A stretch of 64,000 bases of DNA from contig DATCLS010000050.1 of NCBI GenBank assembly GCA_036563805.1, positions 3,964-67,963 of the forward strand, in the 5' to 3' direction. Shown in pieces: positions 52,709 to 60,628 of the stretch (within the stretch, counting starts at the first letter, position 1; each line of letters begins with the position of its first letter). The stretch comes from Acidimicrobiales bacterium (lineage in GTDB: Bacteria; Actinomycetota; Acidimicrobiia; Acidimicrobiales; VFJN01). The notes under the pieces were generated by a model. That model saw only the letters and a program-made list of their open reading frames with translations. It made no database searches and was not told the origin of the DNA. Both the position numbers and the translations under genes were made by a program.

Positions 52709-53323
52709 TCATGCGTGTTTCAGCACGATCGACTCGACGATGTCCGAGATGTCCTCGAGCGTGTTGAGGGCGCCCTCCATCGGCTCGATGACGTCCTTCC
52801 ACCGCATGACGTCGAGGGCGTCGAACTCGCCGCCGAACAGTCGCGCCAGGATGCGCCGGTACACGGCGTCGCCCTCGCTCTCCAGCCGGTCGATGGCGTC
52901 GAGGTGGGGCGTGACCCCCTTCATGGACTCCAGCCGGCCGATGAGCTGCTGGGTCTCGTCCGCGCACTGGACGACGAGGTCGGCCTGTTCCTTGAGCTCG
53001 GGCAGGCTGGAGGTCAGCCCGGTGATCTGGATGCGGTGCGAGACCTCCAGCAGGTCGTCGACGACGTCGTCGAGCTCCTCCGCCAGGGCGTGGATGTCCT
53101 CGCGGTCGAACGGCGTGACGAACGTGGTGTTGAGCCGCTGGAGGATGGCCCGCACCAGCTCGTCGCCCCGGTGCTCGCACGCCGCCACCTTCTCGTGGGC
53201 GGCCGGGTCGGTCGGGTCGATCAGCGTGTCCCGCAGGCGGCGGGCGCACTCCGCGACGTTGGCTGCGGAGTCGTCGAACAGGGCGAAGAACGCGTCGTCG
53301 GTGGGGATGAGTCGGAAGCGCAT
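52709..53323 (-). CDS. DUF47 (PhoU-like) Pit accessory protein
   Basis: FFALFDDSAANVAECA ... FVTPFDREDIHALAEELDDVVD ... DAIDRLESEGD, typical of the DUF47 family upstream of pit. Confidence 0.85.
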   Translation of the reverse strand: MRFRLIPTDDAFFALFDDSAANVAECARRLRDTLIDPTDPAAHEKVAACEHRGDELVRAILQRLNTTFVTPFDREDIHALAEELDDVVDDLLEVSHRIQITGLTSSLPELKEQADLVVQCADETQQLIGRLESMKGVTPHLDAIDRLESEGDAVYRRILARLFGGEFDALDVMRWKDVIEPMEGALNTLEDISDIVESIVLKHA

Positions 53324-53327
53324 GGGT

Positions 53328-53603
53328 TCAGGACGGCGGCGCCAGGTAGCGCAAGCGCTCGGCGACGTGCACCGCCTGGTCGCCGAGGCGTTCGGGGAAC
53401 CGGGCCGGGAGCGGCGGGGGGAGGGCTTCGGCCCGCGTCCGGCCGGCGGCGCCAGGTTCGCCGGAGGGGACCTCGGCGAGCCCGGACCGGGGCTCCGTGG
53501 GGAGCTCGGCGAGCCCGGAGAGGCGCGGCGGCGGCTCGGTCAGCAGCACGGTCGGCGGCGCGATCGGCAGCTCGGACACGGCCGCACCGTACCTGGGCCT
53601 CAT
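53328..53603 (-). CDS. Hypothetical Pro-rich protein
   Basis: G/C-rich third codon positions. Internal repeat SGLAELPTEP / SGLAEVPSGEP. No family recognised. Confidence 0.35.
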   Translation of the reverse strand: MRPRYGAAVSELPIAPPTVLLTEPPPRLSGLAELPTEPRSGLAEVPSGEPGAAGRTRAEALPPPLPARFPERLGDQAVHVAERLRYLAPPS

Positions 53604-53646
53604 GCGGCGGTCACATTCCGTCCGCCGGCTGAACGGTTCGTTGACG

Positions 53647-55269
53647 TCAGGTGGCGCTCTGGGCGCTCAGCCGCTCGGTGGCCTCGGCCTTGAGCCGCTT
53701 GTAGTCGACCTTGCCGTTGGGCGCCCGCCCGATCGTCGGCACGACGAACACCCGCTTGGGGGCCTTGTAGGCGGCGAGCTTGCTGCGCACGTGGGCGATG
53801 ATGGCGGCCTCGTCGACCTCGGCGCCGTCGGCCGGCTCGACCACGGCCGCCACGACCTCGCCGAACTTCTCGTCGGGGATGCCGACGGCCACCGCGTCGC
53901 GGACGGTCGGGTGGGTCTTCATGACCTCCTCGACCTCCTCGGGGAAGACCTTCTCGCCGCCGGTGTTGATCACCACCGAGCCCCGGCCCAGCAGCGTCAG
54001 CGTGCCGTCGGCCTCGACGCGGGCGTAGTCGCCGGGGCACGAGTAGCGCTTGCCGTCGATCTCGATGAACGTCGCCGCCGTCTTCTCGGGGTCCTTGTAG
54101 TAGCCGATGGGCTGGAAGCCGCCGACGGCCACCCGCCCGATCTCGTCGGACCCGGGCTCGACGATGCGGCCGTCGTCGGTGACCACGATGGTGTTCTCGC
54201 CGAGCGTGAACTTGCCGGTGTGCTTGGTCGAGTTGCCCGACGACACCGACTGGCCCATGCCCAGGGCCTCGGACGACGAGAAGGCGTCGACCAGCAGCAT
54301 GCCCGGGTGGTGCTTGAGGAGGCCCTGCTTGTTCTGCTCGCTCCACATGACGCCGGAGGACGCCACCAGCATGAGGCTGGAGATGTCCCACCGCCCGGGG
54401 TTCTCGTCGAGCGCCTTGAGCATCGGCCGGCCGAAGGCGTCGCCGACGATGGCGATCTGGTTGACCTTCTCGCGCTCGATGGTGTCGAACAGCTCCTCGA
54501 CGTCGAACCGGCGTGACTGGAGCGTGACCGTGCTGCCGCCCAGCGACAGCACGATGAGCTGGGTGTAGAGCCCGGTGCCGTGCATCAGCGGGCAGGCGGG
54601 CAGCCCGATCGGGCCGGGCTGCGTGACGCTCTGGCGCACCAGGGCCATGTCGGCCTCGGCGTCGCGGTAGGCCGGGTTCATCTGCGACACGAGCGAGCGG
54701 AACAGGTCGTCCTGCCGCCACATCACGCCCTTGGGCATGCCCGTCGTGCCGCCCGTGTAGGTCATGAGGAGGTGGTCGCCGGACCGGCCCCACGGGCCCT
54801 CGACCCGCTCGGGATGGGAGGCCGCCGCCTCCTCGTAGGGGATGGCCCAGTCGGGGCAGGGGCCGTTGCCGTCGTCGACCCACAGCCACGTGGTGATCCG
54901 GGGCACCCGGTCGCGGATGCGCTCGATCGTGGCCGTGAACACGCCGTGGAACACGACCGCCACGCAGTCGGCGTTGTCCCACAGGTAGACCAGCTCGTCG
55001 TCCTGGTACCGGTAGTTGGTGTTGATCGGGACGAGGCCGGCCTTGAAGGCCGCGAACATCGACTCGATGTACTCGGGGCAGTTGTAGAGGTACTGGGCCA
55101 CCTTGTCCTGCTCGACCGCGCCCCGCTCGAGCAGGGTGTGGGCCACGCCGTTGGCGCGGCGGTCGACCTCCGACCAGGTCAGGCGCCGGTCGCCTTGGAC
55201 CTGGCACTGGGCGTCCGGGATCTGCTCGGCGATCGTCTCCCAGACGTCGGCGAAGTTCCAGCCCGGCAT
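53647..55269 (-). CDS. AMP-dependent acyl-CoA synthetase/ligase
   Basis: MTYTGGTTGMPKGV AMP-binding motif and the C-terminal GKVDYKRL motif. Confidence 0.9.
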   Translation of the reverse strand: MPGWNFADVWETIAEQIPDAQCQVQGDRRLTWSEVDRRANGVAHTLLERGAVEQDKVAQYLYNCPEYIESMFAAFKAGLVPINTNYRYQDDELVYLWDNADCVAVVFHGVFTATIERIRDRVPRITTWLWVDDGNGPCPDWAIPYEEAAASHPERVEGPWGRSGDHLLMTYTGGTTGMPKGVMWRQDDLFRSLVSQMNPAYRDAEADMALVRQSVTQPGPIGLPACPLMHGTGLYTQLIVLSLGGSTVTLQSRRFDVEELFDTIEREKVNQIAIVGDAFGRPMLKALDENPGRWDISSLMLVASSGVMWSEQNKQGLLKHHPGMLLVDAFSSSEALGMGQSVSSGNSTKHTGKFTLGENTIVVTDDGRIVEPGSDEIGRVAVGGFQPIGYYKDPEKTAATFIEIDGKRYSCPGDYARVEADGTLTLLGRGSVVINTGGEKVFPEEVEEVMKTHPTVRDAVAVGIPDEKFGEVVAAVVEPADGAEVDEAAIIAHVRSKLAAYKAPKRVFVVPTIGRAPNGKVDYKRLKAEATERLSAQSAT

Positions 55270-55426
55270 CGGGCACCCCCTGTGGTGGCCTTGGTGTCGC
55301 GTCGGTTGACCTCGCGGTCAAGACGGAGGGTAGCGGGTCCCCGCGGCGGCGAGAAAGGAGGCCGGTAGGGGCGCTGGTCGCGCTGCGGGGCGCCCGACGG
55401 GCGCCCCGCAGCTGACCGGATGCCGC

Positions 55427-56215
55427 TCAGTTGATGTTGCTGTCGACGCTGTTGTCGATGACCTCGGGGTCGCCCTGGAACTCGAGGTCGTGGTGGGTGC
55501 CGTTGAGCGTGATCGTCTGGGCCGACTCGACCTCGACGTCGTTGCCCGAGCCGTTGACGGTCACGTTGCCGCACTCGCCCGTGAGGTCGACGTTCAGGTT
55601 GATGCCCTGGACCGAGACGTCGCCGCCGTCGCAGGTGTAGTCGCCGTCGTCGGTGATCATCGTGGGCGGCCCGCCGGGGCCGTCGTCGCCCATGTCGTCA
55701 TCGGCTGTGCCCTCCTCGCCGCCGGCGGGCGGGCAGTCCTCCGCGGCGGAGCCGGTGCCCTCGGCGTCGTCGTCGCCGGAGCCCTGGTCGTCGGACTGGT
55801 CGTCGTCGTCCTGGTCAGTGCCCTGGTCGTCGGCGCCCATGTCGTCGGACTCGTCCTCGTCGACCGGGCCGTCCTCGTCGTCCTCGTCGGGATCCTGCTG
55901 GCCGACCGCGAACCGGGGCTGGCCGCCGGCGCCCTGCTCGTCCTCGTCGCCGGTGCCCTCGTCGTCGGACTGGTCGTCGCTCTCGTCGTCGGACAGGTCG
56001 CTGCCCTGGTCGTCGGACTGGTCGCCGGAGTCGTCGGTCTGGTCGCCGCCCTCGCCCGCTCCGCCCGGGGCGCTGCCCTCGGGGCAGTCGGTGGTGGTCG
56101 TCTGGTCCTCCGTCCGGGAGTCGGCCTCCGGGGCGGCGTCGTCGTCACCGGAGCCGCAGGCACCCAGGAGGAGCACGGCGGCCATCAGGCCGGCGAGCGC
56201 TGACTTGCGGATCAT
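55427..56215 (-). CDS. Hyper-acidic lipoprotein with C-terminal DUF3060-like domain
   Basis: AAGGAGA lies 8 nt before ATG 56215. Lipobox LLLGAC. About 170 residues are dominated by D/E/G/Q/S. C-terminal TCDGGDVSVQGINLNVDLTGECGNVTVNGSGNDVEV repeats. Confidence 0.85.
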   Translation of the reverse strand: MIRKSALAGLMAAVLLLGACGSGDDDAAPEADSRTEDQTTTTDCPEGSAPGGAGEGGDQTDDSGDQSDDQGSDLSDDESDDQSDDEGTGDEDEQGAGGQPRFAVGQQDPDEDDEDGPVDEDESDDMGADDQGTDQDDDDQSDDQGSGDDDAEGTGSAAEDCPPAGGEEGTADDDMGDDGPGGPPTMITDDGDYTCDGGDVSVQGINLNVDLTGECGNVTVNGSGNDVEVESAQTITLNGTHHDLEFQGDPEVIDNSVDSNIN

Positions 56216-56343
56216 TCGGGGGGTCTCCTTGGTCGTCGAACACGGGTCGCGGAACCCGGCCCGCCGGGCCGAGACGTTAGGACCGCACCGGCGCCGTTTG
56301 GCCGCGGCCCGTGGTCGAGCGGTCGTTCGGTAGCGTCATCGCC

Positions 56344-58002
56344 GTGTCGAGTGACGCGTACCTGGGCCGGACGCTGGGCCGCTACACCATCGAGGCGACG
56401 ATCGGCTCGGGCGGCTTCGCGACCGTGTACCGGGCGGTGGACACTGTGCTCGAGCGGCCCGTGGCCCTCAAGGTCCTCGACCCGAGCGCCCACCGCAACG
56501 ACACGGTCGCCCGCCGGTTCGTCAACGAGGGCAAGTCGGTGGCGCGGCTCGACCACCCGGCGATCGTCCCCGTCTACGACGCCGGCCAGACCGACGGCCT
56601 GCTGTGGATGGCCATGCGCCTGGTCGAGGGCCCACCCCTCGACGACGCCTTCGCCCGGCGGCGGTTCAGCAGAGCCGAGGTGGCGGCGATCGTCGACCGC
56701 ATCGCCGGGGCGCTCGACCACGCCCACGCCCAGGGTGTGGTCCACCGCGACGTGAAGCCGTCGAACATCCTGCTCGAGCACGGCGAGCCCGAGCGGGCCT
56801 GGCTGGCCGACTTCGGCATCGCCGCCACCGCCCGGACCGCGGGCCGCTACACGACCGGCACGCTCGGCACCGCCGCCTACATGGCGCCCGAGCAGGCCCG
56901 GCCGGGCGACGTCGGGCCGTCGGCCGACATCTACTCGCTGGGCTGCGTCGTCTACCTGCTGGCCACCGGGCGGCCGCCGTTCCCCGGCGACGACCACGTC
57001 GGCCTGCTCATGGCGCACGCCACCGAGCCGGTGCCGCCCGTCGGCGACGAGGCGCTCGACGCCGTGCTGCGCCACGCCCTGGCCAAGAACCCGGCCGACC
57101 GGCCGCCGACGGCCAAAGCTTTGGCCGACGAGCTGCGGCCGGTGCTCGTCGACTCGGCCGCCCCCGACAGCTCCCTGGGCGACGCCCCCACCGCCCTGGG
57201 CGAGACCGCCGCCCACGAGGCGGCGATCGCCGAGCTGCGGCACCAGCCCACGCTCGCCTACGGGCCCTCGGCCATCGCCCCGCCCGACGCCGCGCTGCCG
57301 GTCCCTCCGCCCCCGCCCGGGTTCGGCGCCCCCGGTGCGGCGCCCGGCGGTGCACCTGGCGTGGCGCCCGGTTCCGGCCAGCCGGGTGCCGTGGCGCTCG
57401 GCGGCGTGCCCGGGGGAGGCGTGCCCGGCGGTGCGCCCGCGGTCGACCCCGCGCTGGCCGGGGCGCCGGCCAGCGGTCCCGGCGGCCATCCGGCCCCGTC
57501 CAAGCCGCCGACGGTGGCGGGCCGGGCGGCCCGGCGGGGGCGCCTGTGGTTCGCGGTGGGCCTGGCTCTCGTCCTCGCCGGCGTGGTCGCCGCCGTCGTG
57601 GCCCTGCTCAGCGGCGACGACGGCTCGGCCGACGACCTGCAGTGCGACGCCGCCGGCATCTGCTTCGACCTCCCCGAGGGGTGGGCGCTGGGCGAGGCCG
57701 AGCCGGGCCGGGGCCGGCTCGAGCGAGACGGCGAGGTCGTGGCCCTCTACCTCCACCAGCAGGACAGGGGCATCGACCTGATGGGCGCGCTGGCCCGCAT
57801 GGACGGATGCGAGGTCGAGCCGGTCGAGGCCCCGGTGGGCGGCGAGGACGGCGCCGTATGCGACAACCCCGACGGCAGCGACCCCGAGTACATCGCGGCC
57901 GCCATCGTCAACGGCCGGGCGTGGCGGGTGATCTTCGCCCCCAACGTGCCGGCGAGCGACATCGACCACGTGGTCGACGGCATCGAGTTCCGGGCGCCGT
58001 AG
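56344..58002 (+). CDS. Hanks-type Ser/Thr protein kinase with TM segment and extracellular domain
   Basis: GSGGFATV, VALK, HRDVKPSNIL, DFG, GTAAYMAPE. GTG 56344 lies 7 nt after TAGCGT. The ORF track starts at 56311. Confidence 0.9.
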   Translation: MSSDAYLGRTLGRYTIEATIGSGGFATVYRAVDTVLERPVALKVLDPSAHRNDTVARRFVNEGKSVARLDHPAIVPVYDAGQTDGLLWMAMRLVEGPPLDDAFARRRFSRAEVAAIVDRIAGALDHAHAQGVVHRDVKPSNILLEHGEPERAWLADFGIAATARTAGRYTTGTLGTAAYMAPEQARPGDVGPSADIYSLGCVVYLLATGRPPFPGDDHVGLLMAHATEPVPPVGDEALDAVLRHALAKNPADRPPTAKALADELRPVLVDSAAPDSSLGDAPTALGETAAHEAAIAELRHQPTLAYGPSAIAPPDAALPVPPPPPGFGAPGAAPGGAPGVAPGSGQPGAVALGGVPGGGVPGGAPAVDPALAGAPASGPGGHPAPSKPPTVAGRAARRGRLWFAVGLALVLAGVVAAVVALLSGDDGSADDLQCDAAGICFDLPEGWALGEAEPGRGRLERDGEVVALYLHQQDRGIDLMGALARMDGCEVEPVEAPVGGEDGAVCDNPDGSDPEYIAAAIVNGRAWRVIFAPNVPASDIDHVVDGIEFRAP

Positions 58003-58038
58003 CGCGCGTCCGGGCGTTCCCGCCGGGCGGGGACGCTT

Positions 58039-58181
58039 GGCGATTCCGGCTGGCTCGCCGCCGCGGCCGCCCGACGCGACAGCTGCGGGCGGGGCGCGCC
58101 CGGCCGTCGTACCCTCGGGGCCACCGCCCGGCGATTCCGGCTGGCTCGCCGCCGCGGCCGCCGGACGCGACAGCTGCGGGC
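58039..58181. repeat. 52-bp direct repeat x2 (period 91 bp) in a convergent intergenic region
   Basis: ggcgattccggctggctcgccgccgcggccgcc[cg]gacgcgacagctgcgggc occurs at 58039-58090 and 58130-58181, with 1 mismatch. Confidence 0.85.
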
Positions 58182-58191
58182 CGGACGGCGG

Positions 58192-59454
58192 TCAGGCGGC
58201 GACCGGCTCGGGGTCGACCCGCGGGCCCGGCGCCGGGCGTGCGTCGGACCGCCGCCGGTGGGCCACCCAGACGGTGGCGACGGCCGTGGCCAGGCCGCCG
58301 GCCGCGATGCTCAGGCGGGCGTTCGAGGCGTCGGCGATCCAGCCGACGAGCGGGCCGCCGATCGGCGTCGAGCCCAGCATCAGCATGGCCAGCAGCGCCA
58401 GCACCCGGCCTCGCATCGACGGCGAGGCGATGAGCTGGATGGCGGCGCTCGAGCCCGAGATCAGGAAGATCGACGTGAAGCCGACCGGCACCGCGGCCAC
58501 GACCGCCAGCGGAAGCGTGGGGGCGCAGGCCAGGGCGAACATGGCGACCGCCAGGCCGGCACCCGTGCGCACCAGGAACGACAGGTCGACCGACTTGCGC
58601 CGGGCCACGGCCAGCGCCCCGCCCAGCGACCCGGTGCTCATCGCCGAGTAGAGCAGCGTGAAGCTGGTGGCGTCGCCGTCGAACGTGCGCTCGGCCAACA
58701 GCGGCAGCGACACCTGGTAGTTGAAGGCGGTGACGCCGACGACGCCGACGAGCGTGAGCGGCAGGCGCAGGTCGGGCGTGCGCCACATGTAGCGGAAGCC
58801 CTCGCGCAGCTGGCCCTTGGCCCGGCTCACCGGGGGCGCGGCCCGGAACGCCGAGCGGTCCATCCGCAGCAGGGCGCCGATCACGGCCAGGTAGCTCAGC
58901 GTGTTGACCACGAAGCAGGCGCCCGGGCCCGGGCCGGCGATGAGGGCCCCGGCCAGGGCCGGCCCCACGATCCGGGAGCCGGTCATGAGGGCGCTGTTGA
59001 GCCCGACCGCGTTGGGCAGGTCCTCGGGGGCGACCAGCTCGGACACGAGGACCCGGCGGGCCGGGTTGTCGAACGCCGTGATCGTCCCGAACAAGAGCGA
59101 CAGCGCGTACATGGCGCCGACGGTCTGCGAGCCGGTCAGCACCAGCAGCGTGAACACCGCGGCCAGGCTCGTGTACGCCACCTGGGTGGTGAGCATGAGG
59201 CGGTGGCGGTCGACCCGGTCGACGAACAGGCCGGTCCACGCGCCGCCGAGCAGCATGGGCAGGTACTCGCAGGCGGTGACGAGGCCGAGCGCGGTGCCGC
59301 TGTCGGTCAGGTCGAGGACGACCCAGACGATGGCGACCGTCTGCATCCACGTCCCGGCCTGGCTGATCAGCTGCCCCGCGAAGAAGAGGCGGAAGTTGCG
59401 GGTCTTGAACGAGCGGAACGTGGTGCTGGTGTCGAGGCGGAGCCGACGCCTCAT
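58192..59454 (-). CDS. MFS transporter (EntS/MFS_3-like), second paralog
   Basis: FRLFFAGQLISQAGTWMQTVAIVWVVL ... FVDRVDRHR. Its start overlaps the marR stop (ATGA). Confidence 0.85.
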   Translation of the reverse strand: MRRRLRLDTSTTFRSFKTRNFRLFFAGQLISQAGTWMQTVAIVWVVLDLTDSGTALGLVTACEYLPMLLGGAWTGLFVDRVDRHRLMLTTQVAYTSLAAVFTLLVLTGSQTVGAMYALSLLFGTITAFDNPARRVLVSELVAPEDLPNAVGLNSALMTGSRIVGPALAGALIAGPGPGACFVVNTLSYLAVIGALLRMDRSAFRAAPPVSRAKGQLREGFRYMWRTPDLRLPLTLVGVVGVTAFNYQVSLPLLAERTFDGDATSFTLLYSAMSTGSLGGALAVARRKSVDLSFLVRTGAGLAVAMFALACAPTLPLAVVAAVPVGFTSIFLISGSSAAIQLIASPSMRGRVLALLAMLMLGSTPIGGPLVGWIADASNARLSIAAGGLATAVATVWVAHRRRSDARPAPGPRVDPEPVAA

Positions 59455-60131
59455 GGGCGCGGCCCCGGGTCGGCCGGGCCCTCCGGATCGGTCGTCTCCG
59501 CCGCCGGCGGGGTCTGGGGCGGCGCGGCGTTCGGCGGGCCGGCCGACGGCGCGGGGGTCGGCGGTGGCGCCGCCGACGGGCCGGCCAGGGCCTCGAGCAC
59601 GTCGACGGCGGCCAGCAGGCGGGCGACGGCGTCGGGGTCGAGGTCGCCCAGGCGCCGGGCCAAGAGGGCGTTGCGGCGCTGGCGGCTGTGGTCCATCCGC
59701 CGATGACCCTCGGGCGTGACCGACACCCGGACCACCCGCCGGTCGTCGGGGTCGACCGTGCGGTCGACCAGCCCGTCGTCGGCCAGCTTGGCGACGATGC
59801 GGGTGATGGTCGGCGGCGCCACCTGCTCGATGGTGGCCAGCTCGCCCAGCGTCAGGCTGCCGTTGGCGTCGATGGCGGCGAGCACCGAGTGCTGCGACGG
59901 CGACAGGCCGGTGCCGGCCTGCTGCCGGAGCTGCCGGTGGATGCGGGCGATGGCCAGCCGCAGCCGGCCGGCCAGGTCACCGACGTCGGCGTCGGCGCCG
60001 GCCCGGGCGCCCAGCCCACGGCCGGGCTCGCTTTCGGCGTCCGTGTCGGCCCCGGGGCTGGCCCCGGCCGCCTCGGTCGCCCTCTCGGGTTCGGGTTCGG
60101 TCACGGTGTCGACAGGGGGAGAGGCATCCAT
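59451..60131 (-). CDS. MarR-family transcriptional regulator
   Basis: LSPSQHSVLAAIDANGSLTLGELATIEQVAPPTITRIVAKLADDGLV winged-HTH. Has acidic N-terminal and Pro-rich C-terminal extensions. Confidence 0.85.
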   Translation of the reverse strand: MDASPPVDTVTEPEPERATEAAGASPGADTDAESEPGRGLGARAGADADVGDLAGRLRLAIARIHRQLRQQAGTGLSPSQHSVLAAIDANGSLTLGELATIEQVAPPTITRIVAKLADDGLVDRTVDPDDRRVVRVSVTPEGHRRMDHSRQRRNALLARRLGDLDPDAVARLLAAVDVLEALAGPSAAPPPTPAPSAGPPNAAPPQTPPAAETTDPEGPADPGPRP

Positions 60132-60143
60132 TTGTTTGCCAAG

Positions 60144-60153
60144 GCTAATTAGC
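60144..60153. promoter_or_regulatory. Perfect palindrome GCTAATTAGC overlapping the marR -10 (TAGCCT on the minus strand)
   Basis: AT-rich island 60130-60175. The minus-strand TAGCCT (60142-60147) lies 10 nt before ATG 60131. Confidence 0.45.
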
Positions 60154-60215
60154 TAGGCGAAAGACTCCAACCCGATTCGCGGTCACGCCGCGTGGTTTGG
60201 CAGGATTTCGGGCAT

Positions 60216-60602
60216 ATGGCCAAGGCAGCGACGATCGACCGCTTCAAGCGGGGCGAGACGGTCAAGAACCTCGACGCCCTGCCCGGCGTCCCGGCGGGCA
60301 CCCGGGGTCGCGTGCTCCTGGTCGACGGCTTCTACTGGACGCGCTACCGGGTGCTGTTCGAGAACGGCGTCGACATCGGGTCGATCGACGGCTCCATGCT
60401 GGCCCGGCCCAAGCAGTTCGAGGAGGCGCTGGCCCGGCGCGAGGCGGCCGCCAAGGCCGAGGAGGCACAGGCCGAGACGGGTGGCGACGGTGGCGGCGCC
60501 GCGGCCGGGGGCGGCGAGGCCAAGACCGTCAACGGCGTGAGCGTCCCGGGCCACCTGCTCGAGCGGTCCAAGCGGGCCCGCGAGCGTCTCGGCGCCGCGT
60601 GA
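60216..60602 (+). CDS. Hypothetical protein
   Basis: ATG 60216 inside ORF 60192..60602. MAKAATIDRFKRGETVKNLDALPGVPAGTRGRVLLVDGFYWTRYRVLFENGVDIGSIDGSMLARP, then a Gly/Ala-rich linker and a basic tail. Confidence 0.5.
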   Translation: MAKAATIDRFKRGETVKNLDALPGVPAGTRGRVLLVDGFYWTRYRVLFENGVDIGSIDGSMLARPKQFEEALARREAAAKAEEAQAETGGDGGGAAAGGGEAKTVNGVSVPGHLLERSKRARERLGAA

Positions 60603-60606
60603 GCGT

Positions 60607-60628
60607 CGCCTGCGGTATACCGCAGGCG
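60607..60628. promoter_or_regulatory. 22-bp perfect palindrome CGCCTGCGGTATACCGCAGGCG ending in the ALDH start codon
   Basis: It fills the 25-nt gap between stop 60600-60602 and GTG 60628. As RNA it would form a 9-bp stem with a UAUA loop. Confidence 0.5.
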
